Of a stretch of 43,088 nt of DNA, positions 9,003 through 18,762 are shown piece after piece (positions within the stretch are counted from its first letter, which is position 1; each line of letters starts with the position of its first letter). Origin of the DNA: a virus. Location of the stretch: the IMG/VR virus record IMGVR_UViG_3300012917_000002, positions 1 through 43,088 of that record; one strand, written 5' to 3'. The notes beneath the pieces were generated by a model that saw nothing but the letters and a program-made list of their open reading frames with translations, had not been told where the DNA came from and did not search any database. Position numbers and translations under genes: made by a program.

Positions 9003-10424
9003 TTAAGTCTCCTGCCAAGTCGCTACTCGGCCTACACCTTTCTCTAATTCAAATACATAACCACGACCAGTGGAAGGTGGTGGAGGTATAACTGCTGTTA
9101 TAGTAAAAAAGAAATGATGTAATGCATCTTTAAAAGTAGCCCCGACTCCATACCATTTAGTACTATCAGAGCGATATACAATTAATTCACTTTGACTATC
9201 TAAAGTTCTAGAAAGCCCACTAGATACTAATGGTGCAGTATAAACTATTAATGCTACGGCCGCGGTCCAAGTTAATCCATTATCAGTACTTGATGAGTAG
9301 TATATAGTACCAGAAGCAATATAATTTGTCTCACCATGACTAGTTGCAAATCCAGTTACAGCAGTCCACAAAATAAATAGAACACCACTTAAGTAAGTTA
9401 AAATTGCAGCACTTTCTCTACCATATTGGAATCCCCACATCTGTGTTGTTGAATCAAATTGTATAACAGTAAATGTTGGATTAACTGCATCTATTCCCCG
9501 TACAATATAATTTAATAATGCAGGCCCAGGAGTATATGTTCCGCTTGCAGGCGGTCCAGTCGTGGCGCTACCACCATTAAACGGTGCTATAATATGAATT
9601 ACTGAACTACCATCAGTATAAATTAATGGCATTCCTGCCGAACCAAGTTGATAATTAGATAGATGAATATTTAAATCAGTAGATACTGTTTGTAATGTTC
9701 CAAAAGATCCATCATTAGTAATAATATGCATCCATAAATTAGTTGGATTACCACCAGATTGTGCAGTATCCCCCGATATTAAAAAGAAGTACAGGCGGCC
9801 GCCCGAAGTGATATCAATATGATAACATCCAAACGATCTACTTAATCCAGCCTGTCCAGGAATTAATGCCGGTGCGGTCCAAGTAGATCCATTATATTCA
9901 GCCCAATATACTCTTGTATAATCACTACCAGAAATAGTTTCAACTCCACCACAAAAAGCTAGGATAAGATTTCCATTAGCTCTAGTTGTTCCTCCAAAGT
10001 AAATATTTAAAAAAGCCCCATTTCCGGCTTCTACAGAAGCATGTACAGCAATTCCTGTATCGGCTTCAGTCATTGTATCACTAGTTGTATCAAATTTATG
10101 AAGCCAATAATGTCCTGGAATACGATCTAAATCATTGGTAAAAATATAAAGTAAGTTTCCACTTTTAAGTACGCTAAATATAAGTCCTACAAACCAAGGA
10201 CCTGTATTACCGCCGTCACCAAACTGAGTCCATGTAGCGCCACCATCAGTACTTTTATTAACAAAAAATGTATTATTTCCACTAGATGCACCTTCATCAT
10301 TGATAATTACATAACGATTAGCACCAAAAGTATAAGGTCCAAATTTTACAGTACCCATTTGGGCAAGAGTACCATAAGCAGTAGCTAATTGTACTGGAGT
10401 ACCAAGAGTAAGTGTAGCGGGCAT
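9003..10424 (-). CDS. BNR/Asp-box beta-propeller (sialidase-like) tail-associated protein
   Basis: Two clear Asp-box motifs, STDGGATWT and STDNGLTWT, in a 473-aa beta-rich ORF. Confidence 0.65.
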   Translation of the reverse strand: MPATLTLGTPVQLATAYGTLAQMGTVKFGPYTFGANRYVIINDEGASSGNNTFFVNKSTDGGATWTQFGDGGNTGPWFVGLIFSVLKSGNLLYIFTNDLDRIPGHYWLHKFDTTSDTMTEADTGIAVHASVEAGNGAFLNIYFGGTTRANGNLILAFCGGVETISGSDYTRVYWAEYNGSTWTAPALIPGQAGLSRSFGCYHIDITSGGRLYFFLISGDTAQSGGNPTNLWMHIITNDGSFGTLQTVSTDLNIHLSNYQLGSAGMPLIYTDGSSVIHIIAPFNGGSATTGPPASGTYTPGPALLNYIVRGIDAVNPTFTVIQFDSTTQMWGFQYGRESAAILTYLSGVLFILWTAVTGFATSHGETNYIASGTIYYSSSTDNGLTWTAAVALIVYTAPLVSSGLSRTLDSQSELIVYRSDSTKWYGVGATFKDALHHFFFTITAVIPPPPSTGRGYVFELEKGVGRVATWQET

Positions 10425-10748
10425 TTAGTTAATCTGACTCAAGACACCATTTCTAAATACTAAATCATGATAAGTTTGTCCAGCCACCGTGAATCCACCA
10501 GCTATATGTATTACTATACTCATCCCTTTAAGATCCTGTAGATCGATATTTATATTACTTATTTTTCCTAAGGTATCTTGTAGTTGTTGGTAATTTACAT
10601 AATCACCATCCTGCGATGCAGAAGCAGCGTTACGTACTTGAAGACCATGTAAGTCTAATCCCGATGTCTCAATCTTAGATTGAAAATCAAGTAGCCCACG
10701 TAAGACTATCTGTACATCAGCCAGTGTCTCTATTCTACGCACAATCAC
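10425..10748 (-). CDS. Hypothetical virion-module protein
   Basis: 107-aa ORF contiguous with the downstream gene. Confidence 0.5.
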   Translation of the reverse strand: MIVRRIETLADVQIVLRGLLDFQSKIETSGLDLHGLQVRNAASASQDGDYVNYQQLQDTLGKISNINIDLQDLKGMSIVIHIAGGFTVAGQTYHDLVFRNGVLSQIN

Positions 10749-10968
10749 ACCAAACTTTTAGTCTATCACAAATTGAACATACTTCTTTTGGCGGCCGTGA
10801 TCCTTGAGTTAAAAAATAATTACCATAATTAGGTGATCTAAGCCTCATCTGTTCATGTCTAGCTTTATCATAAGAAGTATTCTCTGGCCCAGGATTAATA
10901 GCACTATGCGAAGCAAATGAAGTCTGTCCTTTGTTTCTCCACTTAGAGCTTAACGAACGGGGATCCAT
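10735..10968 (-). CDS. Hypothetical protein
   Basis: 77-aa ORF that overlaps both neighbours by a few codons. C-terminal cysteines: CSICDRLKVWCDC. Confidence 0.4.
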   Translation of the reverse strand: MDPRSLSSKWRNKGQTSFASHSAINPGPENTSYDKARHEQMRLRSPNYGNYFLTQGSRPPKEVCSICDRLKVWCDCA

Positions 10969-13900
10969 TTAGAATCACTTTCCATACCACTCAGAGATAC
11001 ACGTATTTGCATATCATATCTATGAAAGTAATCAATCGCCGGACCAAGTACAATACGGGCTACTGTTGTATTTATTGATTTAGGCATCTGAAGCTCGTAG
11101 ACATTATCAACTCCAACCACTACTGGTAGCGTTCCACTATAAATTGGAGTACCAATATTAGCAGGATCTGTAACATTTGCGTCACCATATATCGTTAAAG
11201 CTATAGGTGTAGCCCCGGTAGCCACTAATCGAGTTCTTAAATTAAAGATTTTCCCAATTTTGTCGAATCTGATTGGTCCAATTTGGTCAAATCGTTTAGG
11301 GACTGGGAGACCTTCAACATCCTCTTGTTGTCCAAATCCATAGAATTCAAAAGGCCCAGATGGGCTATATAAGGTCCCTCCAACATCGACTCCGAACATA
11401 TCGTCGATAAAGAAGTGGTATACTGTTGTCTTTCTTGTTGTGTTAAATACGGTTGTATGTGATTGTAATATACCGTCCACAATAGGTGTATAGAGGACAT
11501 CTTTTCCATTTGTAAGAATAACCAGTGGTATTGTACGAATACGCTTGCGGCCCGCGTAGCCGAAATTCTCTTGAGGAATAAATAGAAACTCAGCAGGTGT
11601 AGGAAGCTTCTCACTTACAGCCTCTTCAAGTAATGCTTGGTAAAATTCAAAAGGACCTTCCGGGTCTATTGATCTTAAGATTCCACCTATATCAGTACCT
11701 ATTGTTTCCTGGAGGAAATAATTAACTCGTGTTAGCTTAACTGCCGTAGAAAAAATCTGAGGAACCAAAGCAACGTTATCCACATAAGGAGTAAAGCTAA
11801 CGGAATTCCCCAGAGTATCAATAACAAATGGATAACTAGTAATCCGTTTTCTAGCATAAACACCTAAATTTGAATTCGGTATACGGAGATAATCAAGCTG
11901 TTCCGGCCGCGGATCATATTCAATCGTACTTTCGTACAATTTGAAGACTGTTACATCCGCCATGATATCAACAATCTTAAGTGCATAGCGGAATCCAAGA
12001 GTAACACCATCGAGTGGAAAATAGATAGTTGTCATTCCTGTAGCTTGTACATTACCTAAAGCTGTAAAAGTACCACGATCTTTAGCTATAGATACAGTAA
12101 CGAGCGATCCACCAGTGTCACATACAAGTTTTAATGTAAAAGTATCCTTACGATTACGTGGCTGCGCGTTAGCGTCGAAGATGGTTTGGAAAAATAAAGG
12201 TAAACCGTATTGTATAAAGTCACTAGCATTTGTCACTGGACCTAAATAGCCTGCTAGGACTTTATCTGTCGGCGTGGTAAATAAAGATAGTGGCGCCGTT
12301 TGGCGTAACGTAAATGTCTGTGCAAGTAAATCGTAAACAAATAGTCTTCGACTGCCATCTTGTAGTGGTAAAGATGCATAAAGCTTTGTCTTACCTGCTG
12401 TGATAGGATAAGCTATATTAGCGTTTGGCACAATAGATATTGGTGGGACACCATTTCTATTCATTCCCTGAAAAAGTAATTTTAATTGAGGAGAAAGTAA
12501 TGTTGAATGTGCCCCACGAGTAATTCGTATTCCATCGGACGCAACATAAAATATACCACCATTGACAGTCCATGCCTCGCGACCGAGTGGTGGGTAGGCT
12601 TCACCTATAGGAACAATCGTTATATCAATTGTACCATCTGGAAGAGTACCAAGCGTCCCCGTTATCTCATAAAGATTCTTACTTGTGCCTAAGCATAAAA
12701 CATTGTTAGAAACTTTCTTAATCCATAAATTGCGTTCCAATGTATCACCAAATGTCTTTATTGTATAGCGAGTATCAACAGCATCTGGATTAAGATCATC
12801 ACTAATATAGATAAACGAGTTAGCCATGTACAGAACCCTTGTCTGAAAAGGTTCTATATCATAAATAGTGTCAGTTAAAGCATTTGGATCTGGAGAACCC
12901 GGCCCGCCAACAAGTTGTAGAGTTAGTAAGAATTCATTAAGAATTTCGTTCTCTTCTAGAAGTGAGATATCTGAGCGGTTGTCAAAAAAGGAATCGTTAG
13001 TTGTTACGGCTACAAGATACCATTTACTTAAAAAAGATGTTGGTTGTACATCACTTGTCTGTACTGACTTACGGTATATATAATATATTGGTGGATAAAT
13101 ATCCCCCACAATTATTGGGGTACCCCCAGCACTTTGTAAACCACTTATAGTTATTGATCCATTTATAACTGTTATAGGATCACTTATTTGACCACCTGGC
13201 GATTTAGCTATGTATGAACCATATTGACGCCCGGACTGAATACGATATTGGTAAGTTCCATTAAGCTGACCTATAACTGTAAATATAGGAAGCGTAACAT
13301 TAAATGTTAGATTCTCAATAGCTATAATAGTGATCCGTATCTGGCGAACCGTAGTCCAATTAAGTGTAGCATCAGTACCGTGACGAGTAAAATCTTGTCT
13401 ACGACAGCTTAAATCTGTGGTATAGATAGTTTGAATATCTATAGGCCCATCCCACTTAAATGAATAGTAATTATTCCCAATAATATCAAGAAGAAAATCT
13501 ACTTGAACAGAAAGTACTTTAGGTACTGGATCTGATACAAGTGTTATAGTAAATAAATCTTTAGATGTATCTCCCTGAAATCCACGAGTCGTATCAAATG
13601 GAAGCCCCGTAATATATGTACCAATAACTTGACTTATAAAATTAGTTCCATCTACAGTAGCTTGGTATCCAGCGGTTGTATTAACCCCTAAAGTACCAAC
13701 AACTGCTACATAATTTGCACTAAATAATGCTTGTTGCTGAGATAATGCGTCAGTAAATGGAGTCCAAGGTGTAGGTATTCCAAGTCGTGTTCCACCATCA
13801 TCAATCGCAGCCGTACTTGTTTCTTTACCAGAAGCTTTCCACCGGCAAGTGCCAGCGGTTATTAATACTTGACCTAAAAAATCATCAAATGCACAATAAT

Positions 13901-14270
13901 CTGATCCAGGATTTTGATCTGCATTATTACCTAAAAAGAATGGTCCACCAGCCGGTCCATCCGCCCAGGTACCATCTTTTGTGAATACAATTAAAGATGT
14001 TCTATCCCCTAATGCGGCCCACTCAACTTCTTTATTCTCAACATTTTTTGAATAAAGAGATCGAGGATAATCTGAAAGAGGTTTTAAATCCTGTTGTTTC
14101 ATTCCTCTAACAAGACCAAGAACATTGTTCTCTTCTTGTTGAAGATTGTCCATACGTAGAAGTGCATCTGGCGGCCCGTCTACGTTATCAGCAGATGGTA
14201 TCCAACCCAAAGGCCAACTAGTTTTAGTTAAATTAGCCAACTTTATCCTTAAAATCCAAACTATCTCCAA
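10950..14270 (-). CDS. Large tail/hub structural protein (1106 aa)
   Basis: It is the longest ORF in the window, beta-rich, and lies in the tail part of the late operon. I recognised no enzymatic motif. Confidence 0.6.
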   Translation of the reverse strand: MEIVWILRIKLANLTKTSWPLGWIPSADNVDGPPDALLRMDNLQQEENNVLGLVRGMKQQDLKPLSDYPRSLYSKNVENKEVEWAALGDRTSLIVFTKDGTWADGPAGGPFFLGNNADQNPGSDYCAFDDFLGQVLITAGTCRWKASGKETSTAAIDDGGTRLGIPTPWTPFTDALSQQQALFSANYVAVVGTLGVNTTAGYQATVDGTNFISQVIGTYITGLPFDTTRGFQGDTSKDLFTITLVSDPVPKVLSVQVDFLLDIIGNNYYSFKWDGPIDIQTIYTTDLSCRRQDFTRHGTDATLNWTTVRQIRITIIAIENLTFNVTLPIFTVIGQLNGTYQYRIQSGRQYGSYIAKSPGGQISDPITVINGSITISGLQSAGGTPIIVGDIYPPIYYIYRKSVQTSDVQPTSFLSKWYLVAVTTNDSFFDNRSDISLLEENEILNEFLLTLQLVGGPGSPDPNALTDTIYDIEPFQTRVLYMANSFIYISDDLNPDAVDTRYTIKTFGDTLERNLWIKKVSNNVLCLGTSKNLYEITGTLGTLPDGTIDITIVPIGEAYPPLGREAWTVNGGIFYVASDGIRITRGAHSTLLSPQLKLLFQGMNRNGVPPISIVPNANIAYPITAGKTKLYASLPLQDGSRRLFVYDLLAQTFTLRQTAPLSLFTTPTDKVLAGYLGPVTNASDFIQYGLPLFFQTIFDANAQPRNRKDTFTLKLVCDTGGSLVTVSIAKDRGTFTALGNVQATGMTTIYFPLDGVTLGFRYALKIVDIMADVTVFKLYESTIEYDPRPEQLDYLRIPNSNLGVYARKRITSYPFVIDTLGNSVSFTPYVDNVALVPQIFSTAVKLTRVNYFLQETIGTDIGGILRSIDPEGPFEFYQALLEEAVSEKLPTPAEFLFIPQENFGYAGRKRIRTIPLVILTNGKDVLYTPIVDGILQSHTTVFNTTRKTTVYHFFIDDMFGVDVGGTLYSPSGPFEFYGFGQQEDVEGLPVPKRFDQIGPIRFDKIGKIFNLRTRLVATGATPIALTIYGDANVTDPANIGTPIYSGTLPVVVGVDNVYELQMPKSINTTVARIVLGPAIDYFHRYDMQIRVSLSGMESDSKWIPVR

Positions 14271-14625
14271 CAGCTATTTGGATATCTTTTATAAATAATT
14301 TCGTTAGCTCAGTTCCGCCCTCATGTTGATAATGAAAATAGATTATATCTTTCTTTATTTCATATTTCAGCCCTATCCATATAAAATGTGGTATAGCAAT
14401 ATAAATCCATCGAGGCTGTCCTATCTTAGTATAGTAACTTATCTTATCAATAACTTTAATTGTAATTGATATAGGATCACCAAGAAGTCTTGCTGTATGC
14501 AAGCTAGAATTCTGTTGAAAGGCTTCTCCTACTTCATACTCTACTCCAAGAGTAAGCCCAGCCTCTCTAGCTACATCCGTAGTAAATGCTGTTGGATTAT
14601 TATGTCGATCTGTTCTAAAAGTCAT
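14233..14625 (-). CDS. Hypothetical protein (possible cell-wall-acting virion protein)
   Basis: 130-aa ORF. The N-terminal RHNNPTAF vaguely resembles an RxNNPxN motif seen in some phage wall-associated proteins. The functional call is weak. Confidence 0.35.
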   Translation of the reverse strand: MTFRTDRHNNPTAFTTDVAREAGLTLGVEYEVGEAFQQNSSLHTARLLGDPISITIKVIDKISYYTKIGQPRWIYIAIPHFIWIGLKYEIKKDIIYFHYQHEGGTELTKLFIKDIQIAVGDSLDFKDKVG

Positions 14626-15686
14626 GGCACATCATTTAAATATCTCCTTATATAATTTATAAATAATCCACTATCACCCATAGGTGGTTGAATCACTTGA
14701 ATTGAATCACTAAGACTTAGAGTATCAACTGCGGTACGCTGAATATTTAAAATCCCAATATTAGTTATCATTAATCCAGTAATAAGATCGTTTAGACTTA
14801 GTGCATCAGTTACAATTCTTTGAATATCTAATATACCTAAATTCGTTACCGCTGTGAGAATACTATCAGAGAAACTTAGTGTATCATTTACATTTATTCG
14901 AATATCTCCAGATAATGCTAATGCAGCAATTGAATCATTAAGACTTAAAGTGTCACCCACAAATACACGAATATCAGATATAGGTGGGCCAGAAATTGCA
15001 ATAGAGTCGCTTAGGCTTAGAGTATCTGATATCTTCAGTTGTAAATCTAATAATACATTTATGCTATCAGATAATTGTAGTGCATCACTAAATAATACAG
15101 TATTATCTGTAGTTCCAGTAATAACTTGATCTGTCTCTGTAGCAACTAATAATCCTATAATATTTAATGGGGTTGGATTTGTTGGAGCAGTCAATGGTAT
15201 AGTAAAAGATACAGTTGCAAGAATACCACTAGCAATAATATTTGAATTATGCCCAAATACTAGCATATTATCACCAATAGTATCTAATTCTTTCCCAGCA
15301 GTAGTTCCGGCCGTGCCAATGGTTGCAGAATTAATAGTTAAATTAGCGTGGTCATATTGTAAGGCCCATTGAAGAGCAGAAGGAAAGGCATTGCCAGATA
15401 CTATTATATGTATACTAACTATTACTGTAGCGCCAAGTGCACCGATAACTTGATCTATAGATAAAGATACAATTCCAGATTCAATTAATCCAATATTATT
15501 AGTAACTAATATAGCGTCAACTAAAGATAGCTGGTCAGATACATTTATTGGAATACTAATGACATAAGATAAATTATCACTAAGAGCTAAGCTGTCAACC
15601 GCAGAGCGAGGTACACCATTAGCTGTAGCAATAGCATCACTAAGAGCTAAGCTATCGCTAACAGAGATAGGGATATCAGTTGGCAC
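14622..15686 (-). CDS. Repeat-rich fibre-like protein with central cohesin-like module
   Basis: Flanking DxLSLSDSI-type repeats occur at least 10 times. The central segment (aa ~72-197, nt 15096-15473) reads GATVIVSIHI...ALQWALQYDHANLTI...SGILATVSFTI, which matches the cohesin domain pattern as I remember it. Confidence 0.55.
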   Translation of the reverse strand: MPTDIPISVSDSLALSDAIATANGVPRSAVDSLALSDNLSYVISIPINVSDQLSLVDAILVTNNIGLIESGIVSLSIDQVIGALGATVIVSIHIIVSGNAFPSALQWALQYDHANLTINSATIGTAGTTAGKELDTIGDNMLVFGHNSNIIASGILATVSFTIPLTAPTNPTPLNIIGLLVATETDQVITGTTDNTVLFSDALQLSDSINVLLDLQLKISDTLSLSDSIAISGPPISDIRVFVGDTLSLNDSIAALALSGDIRINVNDTLSFSDSILTAVTNLGILDIQRIVTDALSLNDLITGLMITNIGILNIQRTAVDTLSLSDSIQVIQPPMGDSGLFINYIRRYLNDVP

Positions 15687-16692
15687 TCTTTATGATCTCT
15701 ACAAATGTACCATCTATAATACCACCACTTTGTTCTGCAAAATACTCTTTATCAACCATAGGAGCAATATTAATAGAAATCTTACTACCTGGTTTAACTA
15801 CTCTCACCCATTCTAGATGTGGCCTTGCTAAAGCTAAGAACTGTGGTTCCGTCACAATAATCCAATCAAATTGTTCTGCATCAAACGGAAGACTTCTATA
15901 ATCGACAGAATAATCACAAGGTATACCGTTATCAGAGCAATGCGTAATATCATAAGTCTCATCTACTAAATCTGTATAAGGTCCAAGTATAAGACATTTT
16001 TTATCTTTAATAACTAATTTCTGTCTCATTGGTAGGGAATCTTTAGGCAATTTATAAACACGTCCAGTATTTACATCGTGATGTTCACATATTACTGATG
16101 CATCGCAGTAAATTTTATAATCAGTTTCTTCCTTCACTTTCTTTAAAAAATAAAGATCCTCTGTCCAAGTTTCCGCCTGATTCACTGCATCCAAATAGTT
16201 ATCAGTATCAACTGTCTTAAACCATGGTTCTTTAAGTTTTTTAAATATCTCTACCCGCAAGAGTGTGCAGTCCATACCTAAACCAGAAACCTCAAAGAAC
16301 TCACCAACTTTCCAATCCCAGAATGAACCAGCACCATTTTCTTTAAATACTAATGGTGCCGGTGGATCTGATTTAGAGCAATAAACACCACCCACAACTC
16401 CAATATTAGGTATATTTTCCATCCTATATATAAGCTGCCTAAGAGTATGGGGAGGACACACAGTATCGTCGCCAATAAAGAATAAATATTTAGCATCTTT
16501 GGCTATCGCCTCTTTAGCAATTTCGTTACGAGCATCCGCCACTTGGCGGCCTTTAACTATATGGAAGATTACATTAAAATTTATAGGAGGGTTCATTCCT
16601 TTAAAATTAAGTGCCCAATCAAGAGGTACAGGACGGCCAAGAGTAGGTATACCAACAACTAGGCCCGGTCCAAGATTATTTTTAACTTTCAT
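15676..16692 (-). CDS. GT-A fold glycosyltransferase with C-terminal methyltransferase-like domain
   Basis: The N-terminus (GIPTLGRP...ARNEIAKEA...YLFFIGDDT) has a DxD-type motif. The C-terminal ~110 aa (CLILGP...FDWIIV...VVKPGSKI) looks like a degenerate class I methyltransferase. Confidence 0.65.
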   Translation of the reverse strand: MKVKNNLGPGLVVGIPTLGRPVPLDWALNFKGMNPPINFNVIFHIVKGRQVADARNEIAKEAIAKDAKYLFFIGDDTVCPPHTLRQLIYRMENIPNIGVVGGVYCSKSDPPAPLVFKENGAGSFWDWKVGEFFEVSGLGMDCTLLRVEIFKKLKEPWFKTVDTDNYLDAVNQAETWTEDLYFLKKVKEETDYKIYCDASVICEHHDVNTGRVYKLPKDSLPMRQKLVIKDKKCLILGPYTDLVDETYDITHCSDNGIPCDYSVDYRSLPFDAEQFDWIIVTEPQFLALARPHLEWVRVVKPGSKISINIAPMVDKEYFAEQSGGIIDGTFVEIIKSAN

Positions 16693-16913
16693 ATTTTACT
16701 ATTATCAATAGGGATTATTTTAGAATCTTTACCATTCAAAGTATTTTTTGCAGCTACTCTTTGCCCTACAGCAAATTGGATCACACCCAACATCCAAGCA
16801 CCATATTGATTCTTAGGTACAGGAAAAGTATTTACTGCATGTCCAATAATACCGAGTCCAGTTGCTCCAACTATAACATCTAGCCATTGTATATGTGCTA
16901 AATATTCCATCAT
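16689..16913 (-). CDS. Small two-TM membrane protein (holin candidate)
   Basis: 74 aa with two hydrophobic helices (VIVGATGLGIIGHAV and AWMLGVIQFAV) and a polar C-terminal tail. Confidence 0.4.
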   Translation of the reverse strand: MMEYLAHIQWLDVIVGATGLGIIGHAVNTFPVPKNQYGAWMLGVIQFAVGQRVAAKNTLNGKDSKIIPIDNSKI

Positions 16914-16918
16914 ATTCC

Positions 16919-17389
16919 CTATCCAGACACAGTATAAGATACCGAAAATGTATTTGATGTAGCTTTAACAAAAGAAGCAAATGTCGCGTGGCCAAGCATC
17001 GTACCACCACCAGATGAATTAAAAAGGCCCATCTCAGCCAAAGTAGTATTAGCTAAATTAGTAGCAAAGCTAGCTTGTGCTTGCCAACTTGGAGGATTAG
17101 CAGTTAAACCAGTTGTAAGAAATGATGAGATCGCAGCACGAGTAACTTCTCCACCTAAAGCCGCATCACCCGTAACAGGCGCAACTGTAGAAGATCCAAT
17201 AGCTAGGTGTGAAATAGTTTGGGATGTAACTTGATTAACTGTTTCAAGTTGACCCAACACCCAGGCGCGGCCTGTAGTCACAACTACATTATCTACATTA
17301 ATCTCTCGTAGAATACGACCATTCTTAGCATCACAAAGAACTGCTCTAAGTGATCCTCTAAGTTGTATCACATTTAATTCTTGTTCCAT
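16919..17389 (-). CDS. Virion structural protein (unknown role)
   Basis: 156-aa ORF in the tail module with a conserved-looking E-x-GLF motif. Confidence 0.5.
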   Translation of the reverse strand: MEQELNVIQLRGSLRAVLCDAKNGRILREINVDNVVVTTGRAWVLGQLETVNQVTSQTISHLAIGSSTVAPVTGDAALGGEVTRAAISSFLTTGLTANPPSWQAQASFATNLANTTLAEMGLFNSSGGGTMLGHATFASFVKATSNTFSVSYTVSG

Positions 17390-17399
17390 ATCTTCTCCT

Positions 17400-18116
17400 T
17401 TAGAAGATCACTCTCTCAAAATTAGCAGGTAATAATGGCCGCGACTGGCGGAAATTATCTATTGCTAAGCGACCGTCATCTATAGCATATTTCTTAGAAA
17501 CAAAACATCCTTCATTAATCGCCCGAAATTGGTTAATTAAAAATTCATATTTATTCTTATAATAAGCTGCCGCAGTCAAAGACTGACCTTTACCTTCTGC
17601 TCCATATGCTTTCCAAAGTATCCATGCTTTACGTGTCCTACGATCTATATATTGTGGTAACACAAGAGTTGGATCAACATAAGATGTATCAGAAGTTCTC
17701 CAGCATGAAACTACACAAAATGGCTCATTTACTACTGGTCCATAAGGATCACCACCGGCTACGCCGAAGGTTTCATTTGGTGTTGGGAATAGTCGTATAT
17801 CATATGGATTTGTAGGATGTAGGCAATAATAAAGTGGTCGTGATACAACACTATTAACATTACCAGAATTTCCTGTTCCTACAAATACTGTTGCAGGAGT
17901 AAGAAGAGTCATCTCTTCCCAACTTACCGGATCTAATTTCCGCCCGCGCCACGTAACTCTAAGTACTGATCTTACGTAAGATGGCAACGTATAAACCATC
18001 AAACCAGATGTAACAGCTAGATAGAATTTAAAATAAATAGCTTGCAAATCTTGATTGATTTGCTGTTCTGCGTCAATCGCTAACTTGTTAAGGAAAGTGT
18101 TAGACCAAATAGACAT
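17400..18116 (-). CDS. Putative adaptor/tail structural protein
   Basis: 238-aa ORF. It shares a loose pattern with the next gene (RKL-P-S...W...P-YY...P-P), suggesting the two are paralogues. Confidence 0.45.
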   Translation of the reverse strand: MSIWSNTFLNKLAIDAEQQINQDLQAIYFKFYLAVTSGLMVYTLPSYVRSVLRVTWRGRKLDPVSWEEMTLLTPATVFVGTGNSGNVNSVVSRPLYYCLHPTNPYDIRLFPTPNETFGVAGGDPYGPVVNEPFCVVSCWRTSDTSYVDPTLVLPQYIDRRTRKAWILWKAYGAEGKGQSLTAAAYYKNKYEFLINQFRAINEGCFVSKKYAIDDGRLAIDNFRQSRPLLPANFERVIF

Positions 18117-18126
18117 ATCTTTTTAT

Positions 18127-18747
18127 TTACTTCAAAGAAGGTAAACGATCAGGTAATCTCTTATTTCTCATATAAACTCTTAAACTTTCCAAGTCATTTA
18201 TATAAGATTCAAGATGATTCCTCGCCTTAATAAATTCTTGATTCTGCTCAAATAAATCAGTTACACAATAATTCTCAAGCGCTGTTAAATGGTCGTCAGG
18301 AATAGGTATATTTGTAGCATCGACGAGAGTCGGGGCGGCCGCGCGGTAGAACACAAACATATTACCATAGCCGGCTGCGCCTGGTTTCTTATAGATAGCT
18401 ACATATCTATGTGATATTGGTACAAAATAATATGGTGTACCAAGTGCCGTTTCCCAATCAATTCGATCTTGATCCAACTTGCGTTGTGATGTTGGAATAA
18501 GCCATCTTTTTATATTATTATTGAAAATAGCAACTACACCTATATAGTTAGGTAGAAGTGTTAGGAGATCATAATAACTTTTTCCAGCAGCAAAGTTGAT
18601 TGTCGCAGATGCATAGATACATCCTGTAAAAGCACATATCTCATCTACACCATCTTGAATAGAATCATTCATGTCACCAACGGTGTAATAGGTGGGATTA
18701 TTTAGATATAGTTGTATACTATTTTGAATATCTATTCGAGTGGACAT
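18127..18747 (-). CDS. Putative adaptor/tail structural protein
   Basis: 206-aa ORF immediately downstream of the fibre gene in the late operon. Confidence 0.45.
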   Translation of the reverse strand: MSTRIDIQNSIQLYLNNPTYYTVGDMNDSIQDGVDEICAFTGCIYASATINFAAGKSYYDLLTLLPNYIGVVAIFNNNIKRWLIPTSQRKLDQDRIDWETALGTPYYFVPISHRYVAIYKKPGAAGYGNMFVFYRAAAPTLVDATNIPIPDDHLTALENYCVTDLFEQNQEFIKARNHLESYINDLESLRVYMRNKRLPDRLPSLK

Positions 18748-18762
18748 TTCATTTCTTCTCCA

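Noticed and set aside
11237-11614. Nested and antisense track ORFs. Examples: 11237-11614, 37143-37652, 39995-40345, 20255-20563, 14854-15129, 26353-26646, 27169-27417, 3112-3504, 35981-36277 and 40888-41103
   Set aside because: Each lies entirely within, or antisense to, a longer ORF that has recognisable motifs or operon context. They have low-complexity or stop-depleted composition. They are most likely shadow ORFs.
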